DNA from: Chloroflexota bacterium
Lineage (GTDB): Bacteria > Chloroflexota > Limnocylindria > Limnocylindrales > CSP1-4
Direction: 5' to 3'
Length of the DNA: 64,000 nucleotides
Assembly (NCBI GenBank): GCA_025351245.1
Contig: JANXWH010000087.1
Location: 4,822 to 68,821, forward strand
A program made the position numbers and the translations under genes. Of this stretch, positions 19,764 to 29,128 are shown in pieces (within the stretch, counting starts at the first letter, position 1; each line of letters opens with the position of its first letter). The notes below the pieces were generated by a model. The model had not been told where the DNA came from, searched no databases, and saw only the letters and a list, made by a program, of their open reading frames with translations.

Positions 19764-20389
19764 CCCAGGGTTCCCTTCGTCGACGGGACGGCGCCGGCGC
19801 GGCGTGGGTCCTCGGCGACCGCCGCCCGGAGCGCGCGCGCGAGCGCCTTGAAGGCGGCCTCGGCAAGGTGATGGTCATTCCGGCCGGTCCCGCGCAGGTG
19901 CAGCGTGGTCCCCGAGGTCCGCGCGAACGCCTCGAGCGCGTGCTCGACGAGCTGGGTCGGCAGGGCCCCGATGCGCTCGCCGCGGAAGGGCAGGTCCACG
20001 GTCGCGTATGGGCGCCCGCCGACGTCCACGACCGCGGTCGCGAGCGCCTCGTCCATCGGGACCGACGCCTCCCCGAAGCGCACGATCCCGGCCCGATCGC
20101 CAAGCGACTCGGCGAGCGCGGCGCCGAGGACGATCGCGACGTCCTCGGCCGTGTGGTGCTCGTCGACCTCGAGGTCGCCCGTGGCGCGCACGGCGAGGTC
20201 AAAGAGCCCGTGGTGCGCGAACGAGGCGAGGAGATGGTCCAGGAACCCCACGCCGGTCCGAACGTCGGCGGCCCCGGTGCCGTCGAGGTCGAGCGTGACC
20301 GCGATGTCTGTCTCCCGGGTCCGCCGCGCGACGGTGACGCGGCGACCCTCATGGGCCGCGACTTCGAGCGTGCCGAACGAGGTCGTCAT
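19760..20389 (-). CDS. hisB: imidazoleglycerol-phosphate dehydratase
   Basis: [15 protein letters not shown] and [14 protein letters not shown] motifs. Has 4-nt overlaps with both neighbours. Confidence 0.95.
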   Translation of the reverse strand: MTTSFGTLEVAAHEGRRVTVARRTRETDIAVTLDLDGTGAADVRTGVGFLDHLLASFAHHGLFDLAVRATGDLEVDEHHTAEDVAIVLGAALAESLGDRAGIVRFGEASVPMDEALATAVVDVGGRPYATVDLPFRGERIGALPTQLVEHALEAFARTSGTTLHLRGTGRNDHHLAEAAFKALARALRAAVAEDPRRAGAVPSTKGTLG

Positions 20390-21564
20390 GGCGTGATCTC
20401 CTGGGCGGCCGACGCGGCGGGGTGGGGGAGGGCCGGGACGATTGCGGCGAGTGCCACGATGAGGCGGTCGTCCTCGGCCGGGGCGCGGACGGTGAAGCGC
20501 AGGTGATCGGCCAGCGGATGCCCCGCCCCGAACGTCCGTGGGACGAGCCCCCGCCGGAACAGCCCCCCGGCAGCGGCGGCGGCCCGCTCGCGATCGCCGA
20601 AGCCGACCAGCAGGAAGTTCGTGACCGACGGGCTCGCCGGGGTGCCGAGGTCCGCCAACGCGGCGGCCAGCCGGGCCCGTTCGGCCGAGATGCGGGAGAC
20701 GTTGTCGCGGAGCGCATCGGGGGCCCGCAGCGCCGCGGTCACGACCGCCGCGGACGGGATGGAGACGGAACCCGGCGGCCGGTAGGGCTCCACCTGGGCG
20801 AGGAGCTCGTGACGCGCGATCGCGAACCCAACCCGGAGTCCTGCGAGGGCATACGCCTTGGACGCCGTTCGGACGACCACGAGGCGCGGGTACGCCGCCC
20901 GGATCCCGAGGAGCGATGTGCCGACGAACTCGGCATAGGCCTCGTCGAGCACGACGACGGGCGCCACGCGGCCGTCGTCATCGGCGTCGACGAGGAGCTC
21001 CGCGAGCAGCTCGGCGATCGAGCCGGCTGGTTCCGGCAGCCCGGTCGGGTTGTTGGGGCTGCAGAGCCAGACGACAGCCGCGTCGCGGGCGGCCTCGCGA
21101 ATCGCCGGCAGATCCAGGGCGTACCCGTTCGCCGCCGACTGGCGCGGCACCGGGATGGGGCGCGCGGGTCGCTGCTCGGTGAGCACGCAGTACATGGCGT
21201 ACGTCGGCGTCGGGATCACGGCGCCCGCGCCGGGCGGCAGGAAGGCCTTCGCGACGAGGTCGAGGATCTCGTCCGCGCCCGCACCCACCAGCAGCTCGTC
21301 GCGCCCGACCCCGTAGGTTTCCGCGGCGGCGGCGACCAGGCCGCGATAGTCGGATGGCGGGTACTCGGAGATCGGGCGCCCGTACGCGCCGGCCTGGAGG
21401 AGCCGGAGAGCGAGGCCCGGCGGCGCCGGCGACGTGTTGAGGTCGAAGCGCACGATCGTCGCTGGCGGGACGCCGTAGCGCTCGCTGACCTGCTCATCGG
21501 TTGCCTCCCACGCGTAGCCGGCGGGCAGGGCAGGCATCGCCGCCCTGACGGGGGTCGCGCTCAT
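20386..21564 (-). CDS. hisC: histidinol-phosphate aminotransferase
   Basis: ATG at 21564 overlaps the hisG stop. SPNNPTG, and TASKAYALAGLRVG (PLP lysine). 392 aa. The rest of the 750-aa track ORF is run-through. Confidence 0.93.
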   Translation of the reverse strand: MSATPVRAAMPALPAGYAWEATDEQVSERYGVPPATIVRFDLNTSPAPPGLALRLLQAGAYGRPISEYPPSDYRGLVAAAAETYGVGRDELLVGAGADEILDLVAKAFLPPGAGAVIPTPTYAMYCVLTEQRPARPIPVPRQSAANGYALDLPAIREAARDAAVVWLCSPNNPTGLPEPAGSIAELLAELLVDADDDGRVAPVVVLDEAYAEFVGTSLLGIRAAYPRLVVVRTASKAYALAGLRVGFAIARHELLAQVEPYRPPGSVSIPSAAVVTAALRAPDALRDNVSRISAERARLAAALADLGTPASPSVTNFLLVGFGDRERAAAAAGGLFRRGLVPRTFGAGHPLADHLRFTVRAPAEDDRLIVALAAIVPALPHPAASAAQEITP

Positions 21565-22490
21565 GCGATCAGCTTCTCGATGGGGAGGACCAGGATCCCG
21601 GACGCGCCGGCAGCCTTCAGGCGCGGCAGGAGATCCCAGACGTCGTCGGATCCGACCACCGCATGGATCGCGATCATGCCGGCGTGCGCGAGCGGGATCA
21701 CCGACGGGCTCTCGAGCCCGGGCAGGAGCGCCGCGAGGTCGGCGAGGTGATCGACGGGCGCGTTCATCATCACGTACTTTCGCCGGCGGCCGGCGAGGAC
21801 GGCGCCGAGCATGGTATCGAGCCGGTCGATCGCGTCCGCCTCGTCGACGAGACGGGCCGGATTGCCCACCATGACCGCCTCGGACGCCAGGAGATCGCCG
21901 ATCGGCCGCAGCCCGTTGGTGCCGAGCGTCACCCCGCTCGAGACGAGATCGACGATCGCGTCGGCAAGCCCGAGGCGCGGGGCGACTTCGACGGCGCCGG
22001 AGAGCGTGATCACCGTGACCGGGATCCCGCGTGCCTCGAACCAGCGCCGTGTTGCCCCGGGGTGGGCCGTGGCAACGCGAAGGCCGGCGAGCTGCGCGAT
22101 CTCGCGTTGTGGGGCATCCCGGGGAACGGCCGCCGCGAGCCGGCAGCGACCGTAGCCGAGGGACCGCACGATCGGCAGGTCGGTGTCGGCCTCCGCGAGC
22201 AGGTCGCCGCCGGTGATCCCCAGGTCCGCCACGCCGTCGCCGACGAACTCGATGACGTCGTTCGTGCGGACGAACAGGATGTCGAGCGCCACGTTCTCGA
22301 CGCGGCTGATGAGGCTCCGGTCGCGCTCCTCGAAGATGAGTCCCGCATCGTGGAGCAGCGCGAGCGTCGGCTCCACGAGGCGCCCCTTGTTGGGAACGGC
22401 GAGCGTCATCCGGCGCACGGCGGCGCCGGTGGGGCGGTGCGCCACGGTGCCGCGCCCCGCGGTGGCCAGCCCAAGGTCGGCCGCGGTCAC
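21561..22490 (-). CDS. hisG: ATP phosphoribosyltransferase, long form (alternative start ATG 22409)
   Basis: MTLAVPNKGRL...DILFVRTNDV...GITG is canonical HisG. GTG 22490 overlaps the upstream regulator stop (GTGA). Internal ATG 22409 gives the classical N-terminus. Confidence 0.9.
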   Translation of the reverse strand: MTAADLGLATAGRGTVAHRPTGAAVRRMTLAVPNKGRLVEPTLALLHDAGLIFEERDRSLISRVENVALDILFVRTNDVIEFVGDGVADLGITGGDLLAEADTDLPIVRSLGYGRCRLAAAVPRDAPQREIAQLAGLRVATAHPGATRRWFEARGIPVTVITLSGAVEVAPRLGLADAIVDLVSSGVTLGTNGLRPIGDLLASEAVMVGNPARLVDEADAIDRLDTMLGAVLAGRRRKYVMMNAPVDHLADLAALLPGLESPSVIPLAHAGMIAIHAVVGSDDVWDLLPRLKAAGASGILVLPIEKLIA

Positions 22491-22888
22491 CGTGCGGCGC
22501 CCGATGGCTCGACCGGCGCGACCCGCTGCCCGCCCGCCTTGGGATAGGACGTCGTGCCCGCGTCGGGGTACGACGTCGCACCCGTCCCGGCGCCGCCGCG
22601 GGAGCGGTCGAGCAGGAGCCGGTACCCGCCTTCCCCATGGTTCAACCAGGAGGCGATCCGGGTGATCGTCGCGGTGCTCGCGCCCGTCCGGCGGCTGATC
22701 TCGCTGTAATGGAGCCCGGCGTCGAGATGACGCGCGACCGCCCAGCGCTGGGCGAGATCGCGCAGCTCGCCGAGCGTGCAGAGGTCACGCAGGAAAGCGG
22801 CGGCTTCCTGGCGGGTCTCCACCTGGAGGAGCGCGTCGAGGAGCGCCTCCAGGTCTGCGGAGCGCCAATCGTCGGCGTGGGACTGCAT
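22487..22888 (-). CDS. TrpR/YerC-YecD family DNA-binding protein (candidate his operon regulator)
   Basis: ATG 22888 preceded by GAGGAA. LLDALLQVETRQEAAAFLRDLCTLGELRDLAQRWAVARHL..GLHYSEISRRTGASTATITR matches the YerC/TrpR-like fold. Extra C-terminal tail with a tandem TSYPxAG repeat. Confidence 0.8.
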   Translation of the reverse strand: MQSHADDWRSADLEALLDALLQVETRQEAAAFLRDLCTLGELRDLAQRWAVARHLDAGLHYSEISRRTGASTATITRIASWLNHGEGGYRLLLDRSRGGAGTGATSYPDAGTTSYPKAGGQRVAPVEPSGAAR

Positions 22889-22901
22889 CGGTCGGTTCCT
22901 C

Positions 22902-22935
22902 GTGATAGCGTAGTAGCGTGCTACAACGCTATCAC
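22902..22935. promoter_or_regulatory. 34-bp near-perfect palindrome (candidate operator) in the hisR-like/hisA divergent region
   Basis: GTGATAGCGTAGTAGCGTGCTACAACGCTATCAC has 10-bp perfect outer arms plus an inner GTAGC..GCTAC. It occupies most of the 55-bp gap between ATG 22888 (-) and GTG 22944 (+). Confidence 0.6.
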
Positions 22936-22943
22936 ACCAGCAA

Positions 22944-23699
22944 GTGAGGGGCAACGGGTCGCCGGCCGGCGCCTTCGAGCTCCTGCCGGCGATCGACCTC
23001 CAGGGCGGTCGCGTCGTCAGGCTGCTCCGGGGCGACTTCGGGGCGGTGACGACCTACGGCGAGGATGGGCCGGCCGTCGCGGACGCCTTCGTCGGGCGCG
23101 GCGCCCGGTGGCTGCACGTCGTGGACCTGGACGGCGCGCGCGATCCGCGTGCGCGTCAGATCGATCTCGTGGCCGCGATCGTTGCCCGGGTGGGGGAGCG
23201 TGCGCGGGTCGAGGTGGCGGGCGGCCTGCGCGACGAGCATGCCGTCGAGGCGTGCCTCCGGGCGGGTGCCGCTCGCGTTGTTGTGGGGACGGCCGCGCTG
23301 CGCGACCCGGCATTCGCGGGACGCCTCGTGGAGCAGTTCGGTGCCGGGCGGATCGCGGTCGCCCTCGACGTTCGCAAGGGCCTGGCCGTGGGGCAGGGCT
23401 GGGTCCCGGGCGCGGAGGGCGTCGCGCTCGCAGACGCACTGGAGCGGCTTGCCGACGCGGGCGTTCGCATCTTCGAGGTGACCGCGATCGACCGCGACGG
23501 AACGCTCGACGGCCCCGATCTCGCGATGCTCGGGGGGCTCGTGAGACGGGCACGAGGCGAACTCATCGCGTCCGCGGGCATCGCGAGCGCCGCGGACATC
23601 ACGGCCGTTCGGGCGCTCGGGTGCGCGGGCGCGATCGTTGGCCGCGCGCTCTACGAGGGCCGCGTCAGCCTGGAAGACGCGCTGGCGGCGGCAGGCTGA
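22944..23699 (+). CDS. hisA: phosphoribosylformimino-AICAR-P isomerase (HisA, possibly PriA-type)
   Basis: LLPAIDLQGGRVVRL, (beta/alpha)8 HisA motifs, GIASAADI..GAIVGRALYEG. No SD upstream of the GTG. Confidence 0.92.
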   Translation: MRGNGSPAGAFELLPAIDLQGGRVVRLLRGDFGAVTTYGEDGPAVADAFVGRGARWLHVVDLDGARDPRARQIDLVAAIVARVGERARVEVAGGLRDEHAVEACLRAGAARVVVGTAALRDPAFAGRLVEQFGAGRIAVALDVRKGLAVGQGWVPGAEGVALADALERLADAGVRIFEVTAIDRDGTLDGPDLAMLGGLVRRARGELIASAGIASAADITAVRALGCAGAIVGRALYEGRVSLEDALAAAG

Positions 23700-23736
23700 C
23701 GCCCGGAGCCGGTCGCGCGAGCCACGCGGGGAGCCG

Positions 23737-25827
23737 TCAGTGTGCGCTGGACTCCTGCTCCTTGCGATGCGCCTCGATCACCTTGTCGCCGATATGTGCC
23801 GGCACATCCTCGTAGTGGTCCAGGGTGGAGGAGAACGTGCCCCGCCCGCCCGTGATCGACCGCAGCTCCGTCGCGTAGCTGAACAGCTCCGCCTGGGGGA
23901 CATGGGCCGCGATGACCTGCATCCCGTCGCCCATGACGTCCATCCCGAGCACCCGGCCGCGGTGGCCGTTGAGGTCGCGGTTGACGTCGCCCATGAAGCG
24001 CTCCGGGACACGGATCTGCACGGCCATGATCGGCTCCTGGAGCACGGGCCTGCAGTCCATGACGCCCTTCTTGAGCGCCATCGACGCAGCGATCTGGAAC
24101 GAGAGGTCATTCGAGTCGACCGTGTGGAAGGAGCCGTCGTAGAGGGTGGCCTTGAAGTCGATGAGCGGATAACCCGCGAGGACGCCTTCGACCGCCGCCT
24201 GCCGGATCCCCTTCTCGACGCCGGGGAAGAAGTTCTTGGGCACGGTGCCGCCGACCACGTGCTCGGCGAAGGCGACGCCGCCGCCCGGGTTCGGCTCGAT
24301 CTCGATCCAGACGTGGCCGAACATGCCATGCCCGCCCGTCTGCTTCTTGTACTTGCCCTCGACCTTGGTCCGGCCGCGGATGGTCTCGTGATACGGGATC
24401 CGCGGCGTATGCGTGGCGATCGCCGAGCCGAACTTCCGCTTGAGCCGCTCCCCGATGACGGCCACGTGCGTCTCGCCAATCGCGAGGAGAAGCTGCTCGC
24501 CGGTGGCGCTGCGCTCGACGCGCGCGCACGGCTCCTCCTCGAGCATTCGCCCGAGAGCCGGCCCCATCTTGTCCAGGTCGGCCTTCGTCACCGGCTCGAT
24601 CGCGACCACGAGCGTCGGATTCGGGTACACCGGCCGGTCCAGGACCAGCGGGCGTTCCTTCGAGGAGAGCGTGTGGCCGGTCGCGGTGGCGCTGAGCTTG
24701 GCGACCGCCCCGATCTCGCCGGGCCGGAGCTCGCCCGTGGGCTCCTGATCCTTCCCGTGCAGGCGGAGGAGCTGGCCGATCCGCTCGTCCTCGCCTTTCT
24801 CAGCGTTCCAGGCGTGGCTCTGGCTGCGCAGCGTGCCCGAGAGGACGCGAAGGTAGGTCAGCCGGCCCACGAACGGATCCGCGGTCGTCTTGAAGACGCG
24901 CACGAGGAGTGGGCCGTCCGGGTCGGGCGCGACCTCGATCGGGTCGTTCGTCTTCGGGTCGTGCGCGACGACGGGCGGCTCCTCCGAGGGGGCCGGCAGG
25001 TAGCGGACGATGGCATCGAGGAGGCCGCGCAGGCCGATTCCCTTCGTCGCCGAGGCGACGAGCACGGGCGCAAGGATCGAATCCCGGACCCCGCGATGGA
25101 GGCAGGCGTCGAGCTCCGCGTCGGTGATCTCTTCGCCCTCGAGGTACTTCGTCAGGATGTCGTCGTCCGCCTCGGAGGCGGCCTCCAGGAGCTGATCGCG
25201 CCGGGCCGCGACCTCGGCCTCCATCTCGGGCGGGATAGGGACCTCCACCTCCTGGCGGCCGTCCCAGTGGTACGCCTTCCGGTGGACGAGATCCACGTAC
25301 CCGCTGAAGGCCTCCGCCTTGCCGAGGGCGAGTTGGAGCGGGGCGATCTTGTTGCCGAACTCGGCCCGCAGCGCGTCGACGGCGGCCCCCGGCTCGGCGT
25401 TCTCGCGGTCGCATTTGTTGACGACGAAGAGCGTGGCCGTGCGGTTGGCCCGCGCGAGCGAGACTGCCGTCTCCGTGCCTGCCTCGACGCCGCCCGTGGC
25501 ATCCATGCAGATGAGGGCCGCGTCCGTCGCCTGGAAGCCTGCCACGACCTCCGCCACGAAGTCCGGGTAGCCCGGCGTGTCCACGAGCGTGACGACGTTA
25601 CCCTCGTCGTCGAGCGAGGCCACGCCCAGCGACAGCGAGATGTGGCGCTTCTGCGCCTCCGGCTCCGTGTCCATGCTGGTGGTGCCGTCCTCCACCCGTC
25701 CGAGGCGGGAGATGGCTCCCGTCCGGAAGAGGAGGGCCTCGGCGAGCGTCGTCTTGCCGGCGCCGGAATGGCCGGCCAGGACGACGCTTCGCAGGTGGGG
25801 GAGATCAGCGCTCTTCGTCGTCGCCAT
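23737..25827 (-). CDS. elongation factor G paralog (EF-G-like GTPase)
   Basis: ATG at 25827. G1 AGHSGAGKTT, G3 DTPGYPDF, NKCD, and domains II-V alignable to EF-G. 696 aa. Not in an rpsL-rpsG-fusA-tuf context. Confidence 0.88.
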   Translation of the reverse strand: MATTKSADLPHLRSVVLAGHSGAGKTTLAEALLFRTGAISRLGRVEDGTTSMDTEPEAQKRHISLSLGVASLDDEGNVVTLVDTPGYPDFVAEVVAGFQATDAALICMDATGGVEAGTETAVSLARANRTATLFVVNKCDRENAEPGAAVDALRAEFGNKIAPLQLALGKAEAFSGYVDLVHRKAYHWDGRQEVEVPIPPEMEAEVAARRDQLLEAASEADDDILTKYLEGEEITDAELDACLHRGVRDSILAPVLVASATKGIGLRGLLDAIVRYLPAPSEEPPVVAHDPKTNDPIEVAPDPDGPLLVRVFKTTADPFVGRLTYLRVLSGTLRSQSHAWNAEKGEDERIGQLLRLHGKDQEPTGELRPGEIGAVAKLSATATGHTLSSKERPLVLDRPVYPNPTLVVAIEPVTKADLDKMGPALGRMLEEEPCARVERSATGEQLLLAIGETHVAVIGERLKRKFGSAIATHTPRIPYHETIRGRTKVEGKYKKQTGGHGMFGHVWIEIEPNPGGGVAFAEHVVGGTVPKNFFPGVEKGIRQAAVEGVLAGYPLIDFKATLYDGSFHTVDSNDLSFQIAASMALKKGVMDCRPVLQEPIMAVQIRVPERFMGDVNRDLNGHRGRVLGMDVMGDGMQVIAAHVPQAELFSYATELRSITGGRGTFSSTLDHYEDVPAHIGDKVIEAHRKEQESSAH

Positions 25828-25956
25828 TGTCTGGGTCAACCTCACGCAGGGAGCGGGCAAACGGGTGGTCGAGACGCTCGCCCCCGTCGCCGGCCAACGC
25901 CGTGGATCGGGCGGGAGCGGGGTTCCGCCAATCATAGTCCGCTATACTTCGGCCCG

Positions 25957-26706
25957 ATGTCCGGTCACTCCAAATGGTCCCAGATCAAGCGCCAGAAGGG
26001 CGTCAACGACGTCAAGCGCGGCGCCATCTTCACGAAGATGGGCCGCGAGATCGCGGTGGCCGCGCGCGCCGGCGGTGGCGACCCCGACGGCAACTTCCGG
26101 CTCCGACTGGCGATCGAGAAGGCGCGCGCGGCGAACATGCCCGCCGAGCCGATCAAGCGCGCCATCGAGAAGGCCACCGGCGGCGGCGAGGGCGAGCAGT
26201 TCGAGGAGATCATCTACGAGGGCTACGGCCCCGGCGGCGTTGCGCTCCTCGTCGAAGCCGCGACCGACAACCGCAACCGGACCGCGGCCGAAGTGCGCTC
26301 CATCTTCACGAAGGCAGGCGGCCAGCTGGCGGTTTCCGGCGCGGTGGCCTGGCAGTTCGAACAGCGCGGCGTCATCGCCGTGCCGCTGGCCGGCATCGAT
26401 CCGGACGAGGTGACGCTCCTCGCGATCGACGCGGGCGCCAGCGACGTGGAGTCGGACGCGGATCCGCTCGAGATCTACTGCGAGCCCGGGGACCTCGAAT
26501 CCGTCCGGAAGGCGCTGGAGAAGGCCGGGGTTGCGATCGAGAGCGCGGACCAGGCAATGCTGGCAAAGCAGACCATGGCGGTCGACGCGGCGAAGGCACG
26601 CCAGAACATCCGGCTCGTGGAGCACCTGGAGGACCTGGAGGACGTGCAGCGCGTCACGAGCAACCTCGAGATCTCGGAAGAGCTCCTGGCCGAGGTCGCC
26701 GGGTGA
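25957..26706 (+). CDS. yebC: YebC/PmpR family transcriptional regulator
   Basis: MSGHSKWSQIKRQKG..., 249 aa, canonical. It is only the last 750 nt of a 1022-aa track ORF. Confidence 0.95.
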   Translation: MSGHSKWSQIKRQKGVNDVKRGAIFTKMGREIAVAARAGGGDPDGNFRLRLAIEKARAANMPAEPIKRAIEKATGGGEGEQFEEIIYEGYGPGGVALLVEAATDNRNRTAAEVRSIFTKAGGQLAVSGAVAWQFEQRGVIAVPLAGIDPDEVTLLAIDAGASDVESDADPLEIYCEPGDLESVRKALEKAGVAIESADQAMLAKQTMAVDAAKARQNIRLVEHLEDLEDVQRVTSNLEISEELLAEVAG

Positions 26707-26728
26707 CCGGCGGGGCGGTCGGCTCCCG

Positions 26729-27355
26729 GTGATCGTCCTGGGGATCGATCCCGGGACGGCGGCGCTCGGCTACGGAATCATCGATCGAACCGGCAGCCGC
26801 CTGCGCGCGATCGATCACGGCGCCTTCCACACCTCGGCGGACCTGACGCTGCCCGAGCGGTTGCTCGCGATCCACTCGTTCCTGCGGGACCTGATCGAGC
26901 TGCACGGGCCCGCGCTGCTCGGCGTGGAGCGCATCTTCCACAGTCGCAACGTGCAGACCGCCCTCGCGGTGGGCCATGCCCGCGGGGTGGTCCTGCTGGC
27001 CGCAGCGGAACACCACATCGAGGTCCGCGAAGCAACCCCGTCGGAGGTGAAGGTCGCGGTGACCGGATACGGCTCGGCCGACAAGCCGCAGGTTGCCAGG
27101 ATGGTCGCCACGATCCTCGGCCTGACGGAGGTCCCGACGCCGGACGACGCCGCAGACGCCCTGGCGATCGCAATCTGGACCGCGCATCGCGAGCGGCCCG
27201 GCGAGCGCCTCAACGCCGGACGCCTCGACCGGGGCGCGGTCGCGCCGAAGGCGACCGGTGAGAACCCCTACGAGCGCGCAGTCCGCGAGGCGCTCCGCGA
27301 CGAGAAGCGGGCGCTCGAGGAGTGGGCCGGGGCGCCGCCCGAGCCAGTCCGATGA
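26729..27355 (+). CDS. ruvC: crossover junction endodeoxyribonuclease RuvC
   Basis: GTG 26729. VLGIDPGTAALGYG, KVAVTGYGSADKPQV, DDAADALAIAI. C-terminal extension of about 45 aa. Confidence 0.9.
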   Translation: MIVLGIDPGTAALGYGIIDRTGSRLRAIDHGAFHTSADLTLPERLLAIHSFLRDLIELHGPALLGVERIFHSRNVQTALAVGHARGVVLLAAAEHHIEVREATPSEVKVAVTGYGSADKPQVARMVATILGLTEVPTPDDAADALAIAIWTAHRERPGERLNAGRLDRGAVAPKATGENPYERAVREALRDEKRALEEWAGAPPEPVR

Positions 27356-27954
27356 TCGCGTCGCTCGACGGCGTGGTGGGCGCGGTCGCGGCGGATTCGC
27401 TGGTCCTCGAGGTGGGCGGCGTCGGCTACCGGATCTTTGTCGCGCCCGCGGTGCTCGCCGCAGTCGAGCCGGGACGGCGCCTCAGGCTCCACACCCACCA
27501 CCTGGTCCGCGAGGACCTCCAGGCGCTCTACGGGTTCCGGACGCCGGAGGAGCTCGGCTTCTTCGGGCTCCTGCTGACGGTCACCGGGGTCGGGCCGAAG
27601 GTGGCGCTCGGCCTGCTCGGGAGCCGCCACGTGGCCGACCTCCAGCTCGCGATCATGGCCGACGACCAGGGGCTCCTCACCGCCGTTCCCGGGGTCGGCA
27701 GGCGGCTCGCCGCTCGGATCGTGCTGGAGCTCCGGGAGAAGGTCGCCGCGGCCGGAATCGCGGCAACGACACCTGGCGGGGTGGGCGCGGGCACGCTGCT
27801 GGCCGAGGGCGACGTCGTGGGCGCCCTCCAGGCGCTCGGGTATACGCTCGCGGAGGCGCGCGAGGCGGCCCGCCACGCCCGGGCCGGCGGCGCCGGCACC
27901 GGCTCGCTCGAGGACCGCGTCAAGGCGGCCCTCCGGTCGCTCTCGGGCGGCTGA
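27352..27954 (+). CDS. ruvA: Holliday junction DNA helicase RuvA
   Basis: ATG 27352 overlaps the ruvC stop (ATGA). MIASLDGVV....VGGVGYRIFV, and HhH motifs LLTVTGVGPKVAL and VPGVGRRLAARI. Confidence 0.93.
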   Translation: MIASLDGVVGAVAADSLVLEVGGVGYRIFVAPAVLAAVEPGRRLRLHTHHLVREDLQALYGFRTPEELGFFGLLLTVTGVGPKVALGLLGSRHVADLQLAIMADDQGLLTAVPGVGRRLAARIVLELREKVAAAGIAATTPGGVGAGTLLAEGDVVGALQALGYTLAEAREAARHARAGGAGTGSLEDRVKAALRSLSGG

Positions 27955-28017
27955 GCCCCGCGGCGACAGATCGAACATCCGTGCGAAAGCGCTGCTCGGC
28001 GTGGTAGACTCCGGGCG

Positions 28018-29121
28018 ATGACGGACGGCCACGGCTTCCTCGCGGCGGACCTCCTCGACCCGGAGGAGATCGCGGTCGAGCGCTCCCTGCGACCCCGGTC
28101 GCTGGACGAGTACCTCGGCCAGCGCGAGGTGAAGGCGGGCCTCTCGGTCCTCCTGCAGGCGGCGCGCCAGCGGGGAGAGGCGGCCGACCACGTCCTCCTG
28201 CACGGTCCGCCGGGCCTCGGCAAGACCACCCTCGCCACGATCATCGCCCGGGAGCTGGGCGTGAACATCCGCTACACGTCGGGGCCGGCGATCGAGCGGG
28301 CGGGCGACCTCGCGGCCGTCCTCACCGCCCTGGACGAGCGGGACGTCCTCTTCATCGACGAGATCCACCGGCTCAACACCGCGGTGGAGGAGATCCTCTA
28401 CCCGGCGATGGAGGACTGCGCCCTCGACGTGATGATCGGCAAGGGGCCGTCGGCCCGCTCCCTGCGCCTGACGCTCCGGCCGTTCACGATCGTCGGCGCC
28501 ACCACGCGGGCCGGACGGATCAGCGGGCCGCTCCGCGACCGCTTCGGGGCGGTCTACCGGCTGGACTTCTACGCCGAGGAGGACCTCCGGGCCATCGTCC
28601 GCCGCTCCGCCGCGATCCTCGGCCTCGAGGTCACGGACGATGCGGCGGCCGCCATCGCCGCCCGGGGCCGGGCCACGCCGCGGATCGTGAACCGGCTCCT
28701 CAAGCGCGTCCGGGACCACGCCGAGGTCCACGGCGACGGCCGGGTGACGCGGGCCGCGGTCGACGAGGCGATGGGCGTCCTCGAGATCGACGCGGAGGGG
28801 CTGGACGCCACGGACCGCCGGCTACTCGCCGCGATCGTGGGGAAGTTCGGGGGCGGGCCGGTCGGCGTGGCCGCGATCGCGGCGATCCTGGCCGAGGAGA
28901 CCGAGACGATCGAGGACGTCTACGAGCCGTACCTGCTCCGGATCGGCTTCCTGGATCGGACCCCTCAGGGACGCGTGGCCACGGACCGCGCGCGGGCGCA
29001 CCTGGCCGCCCTGGGCTATGACGTGCCGCCGCGGCGGACCCAGCGCGAGCCGAGCCTCTGGGAGACCACCGCACCAGGTGGTCCCGCGCAGGGTGCCGCC
29101 GCGCCCGTCGACGAGGCCTGA
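28018..29121 (+). CDS. ruvB: Holliday junction DNA helicase RuvB
   Basis: Walker [10 protein letters not shown], Walker [10 protein letters not shown], and the RuvB winged-helix C-terminus. Confidence 0.97.
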   Translation: MTDGHGFLAADLLDPEEIAVERSLRPRSLDEYLGQREVKAGLSVLLQAARQRGEAADHVLLHGPPGLGKTTLATIIARELGVNIRYTSGPAIERAGDLAAVLTALDERDVLFIDEIHRLNTAVEEILYPAMEDCALDVMIGKGPSARSLRLTLRPFTIVGATTRAGRISGPLRDRFGAVYRLDFYAEEDLRAIVRRSAAILGLEVTDDAAAAIAARGRATPRIVNRLLKRVRDHAEVHGDGRVTRAAVDEAMGVLEIDAEGLDATDRRLLAAIVGKFGGGPVGVAAIAAILAEETETIEDVYEPYLLRIGFLDRTPQGRVATDRARAHLAALGYDVPPRRTQREPSLWETTAPGGPAQGAAAPVDEA

Positions 29122-29128
29122 GCCGCGC

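Noticed and set aside
18310-22638. 680-aa and 750-aa run-through ORFs on the minus strand in the his operon
   Set aside because: Each is a real gene (hisF or hisC) extended upstream through out-of-frame neighbours. Canonical N-termini and 4-nt overlaps define the true starts.
23638-26706. 1022-aa plus-strand ORF
   Set aside because: Its first ~2.3 kb is antisense to the EF-G paralog and has junk composition. Only the last 750 nt (yebC, from ATG 25957) are real.
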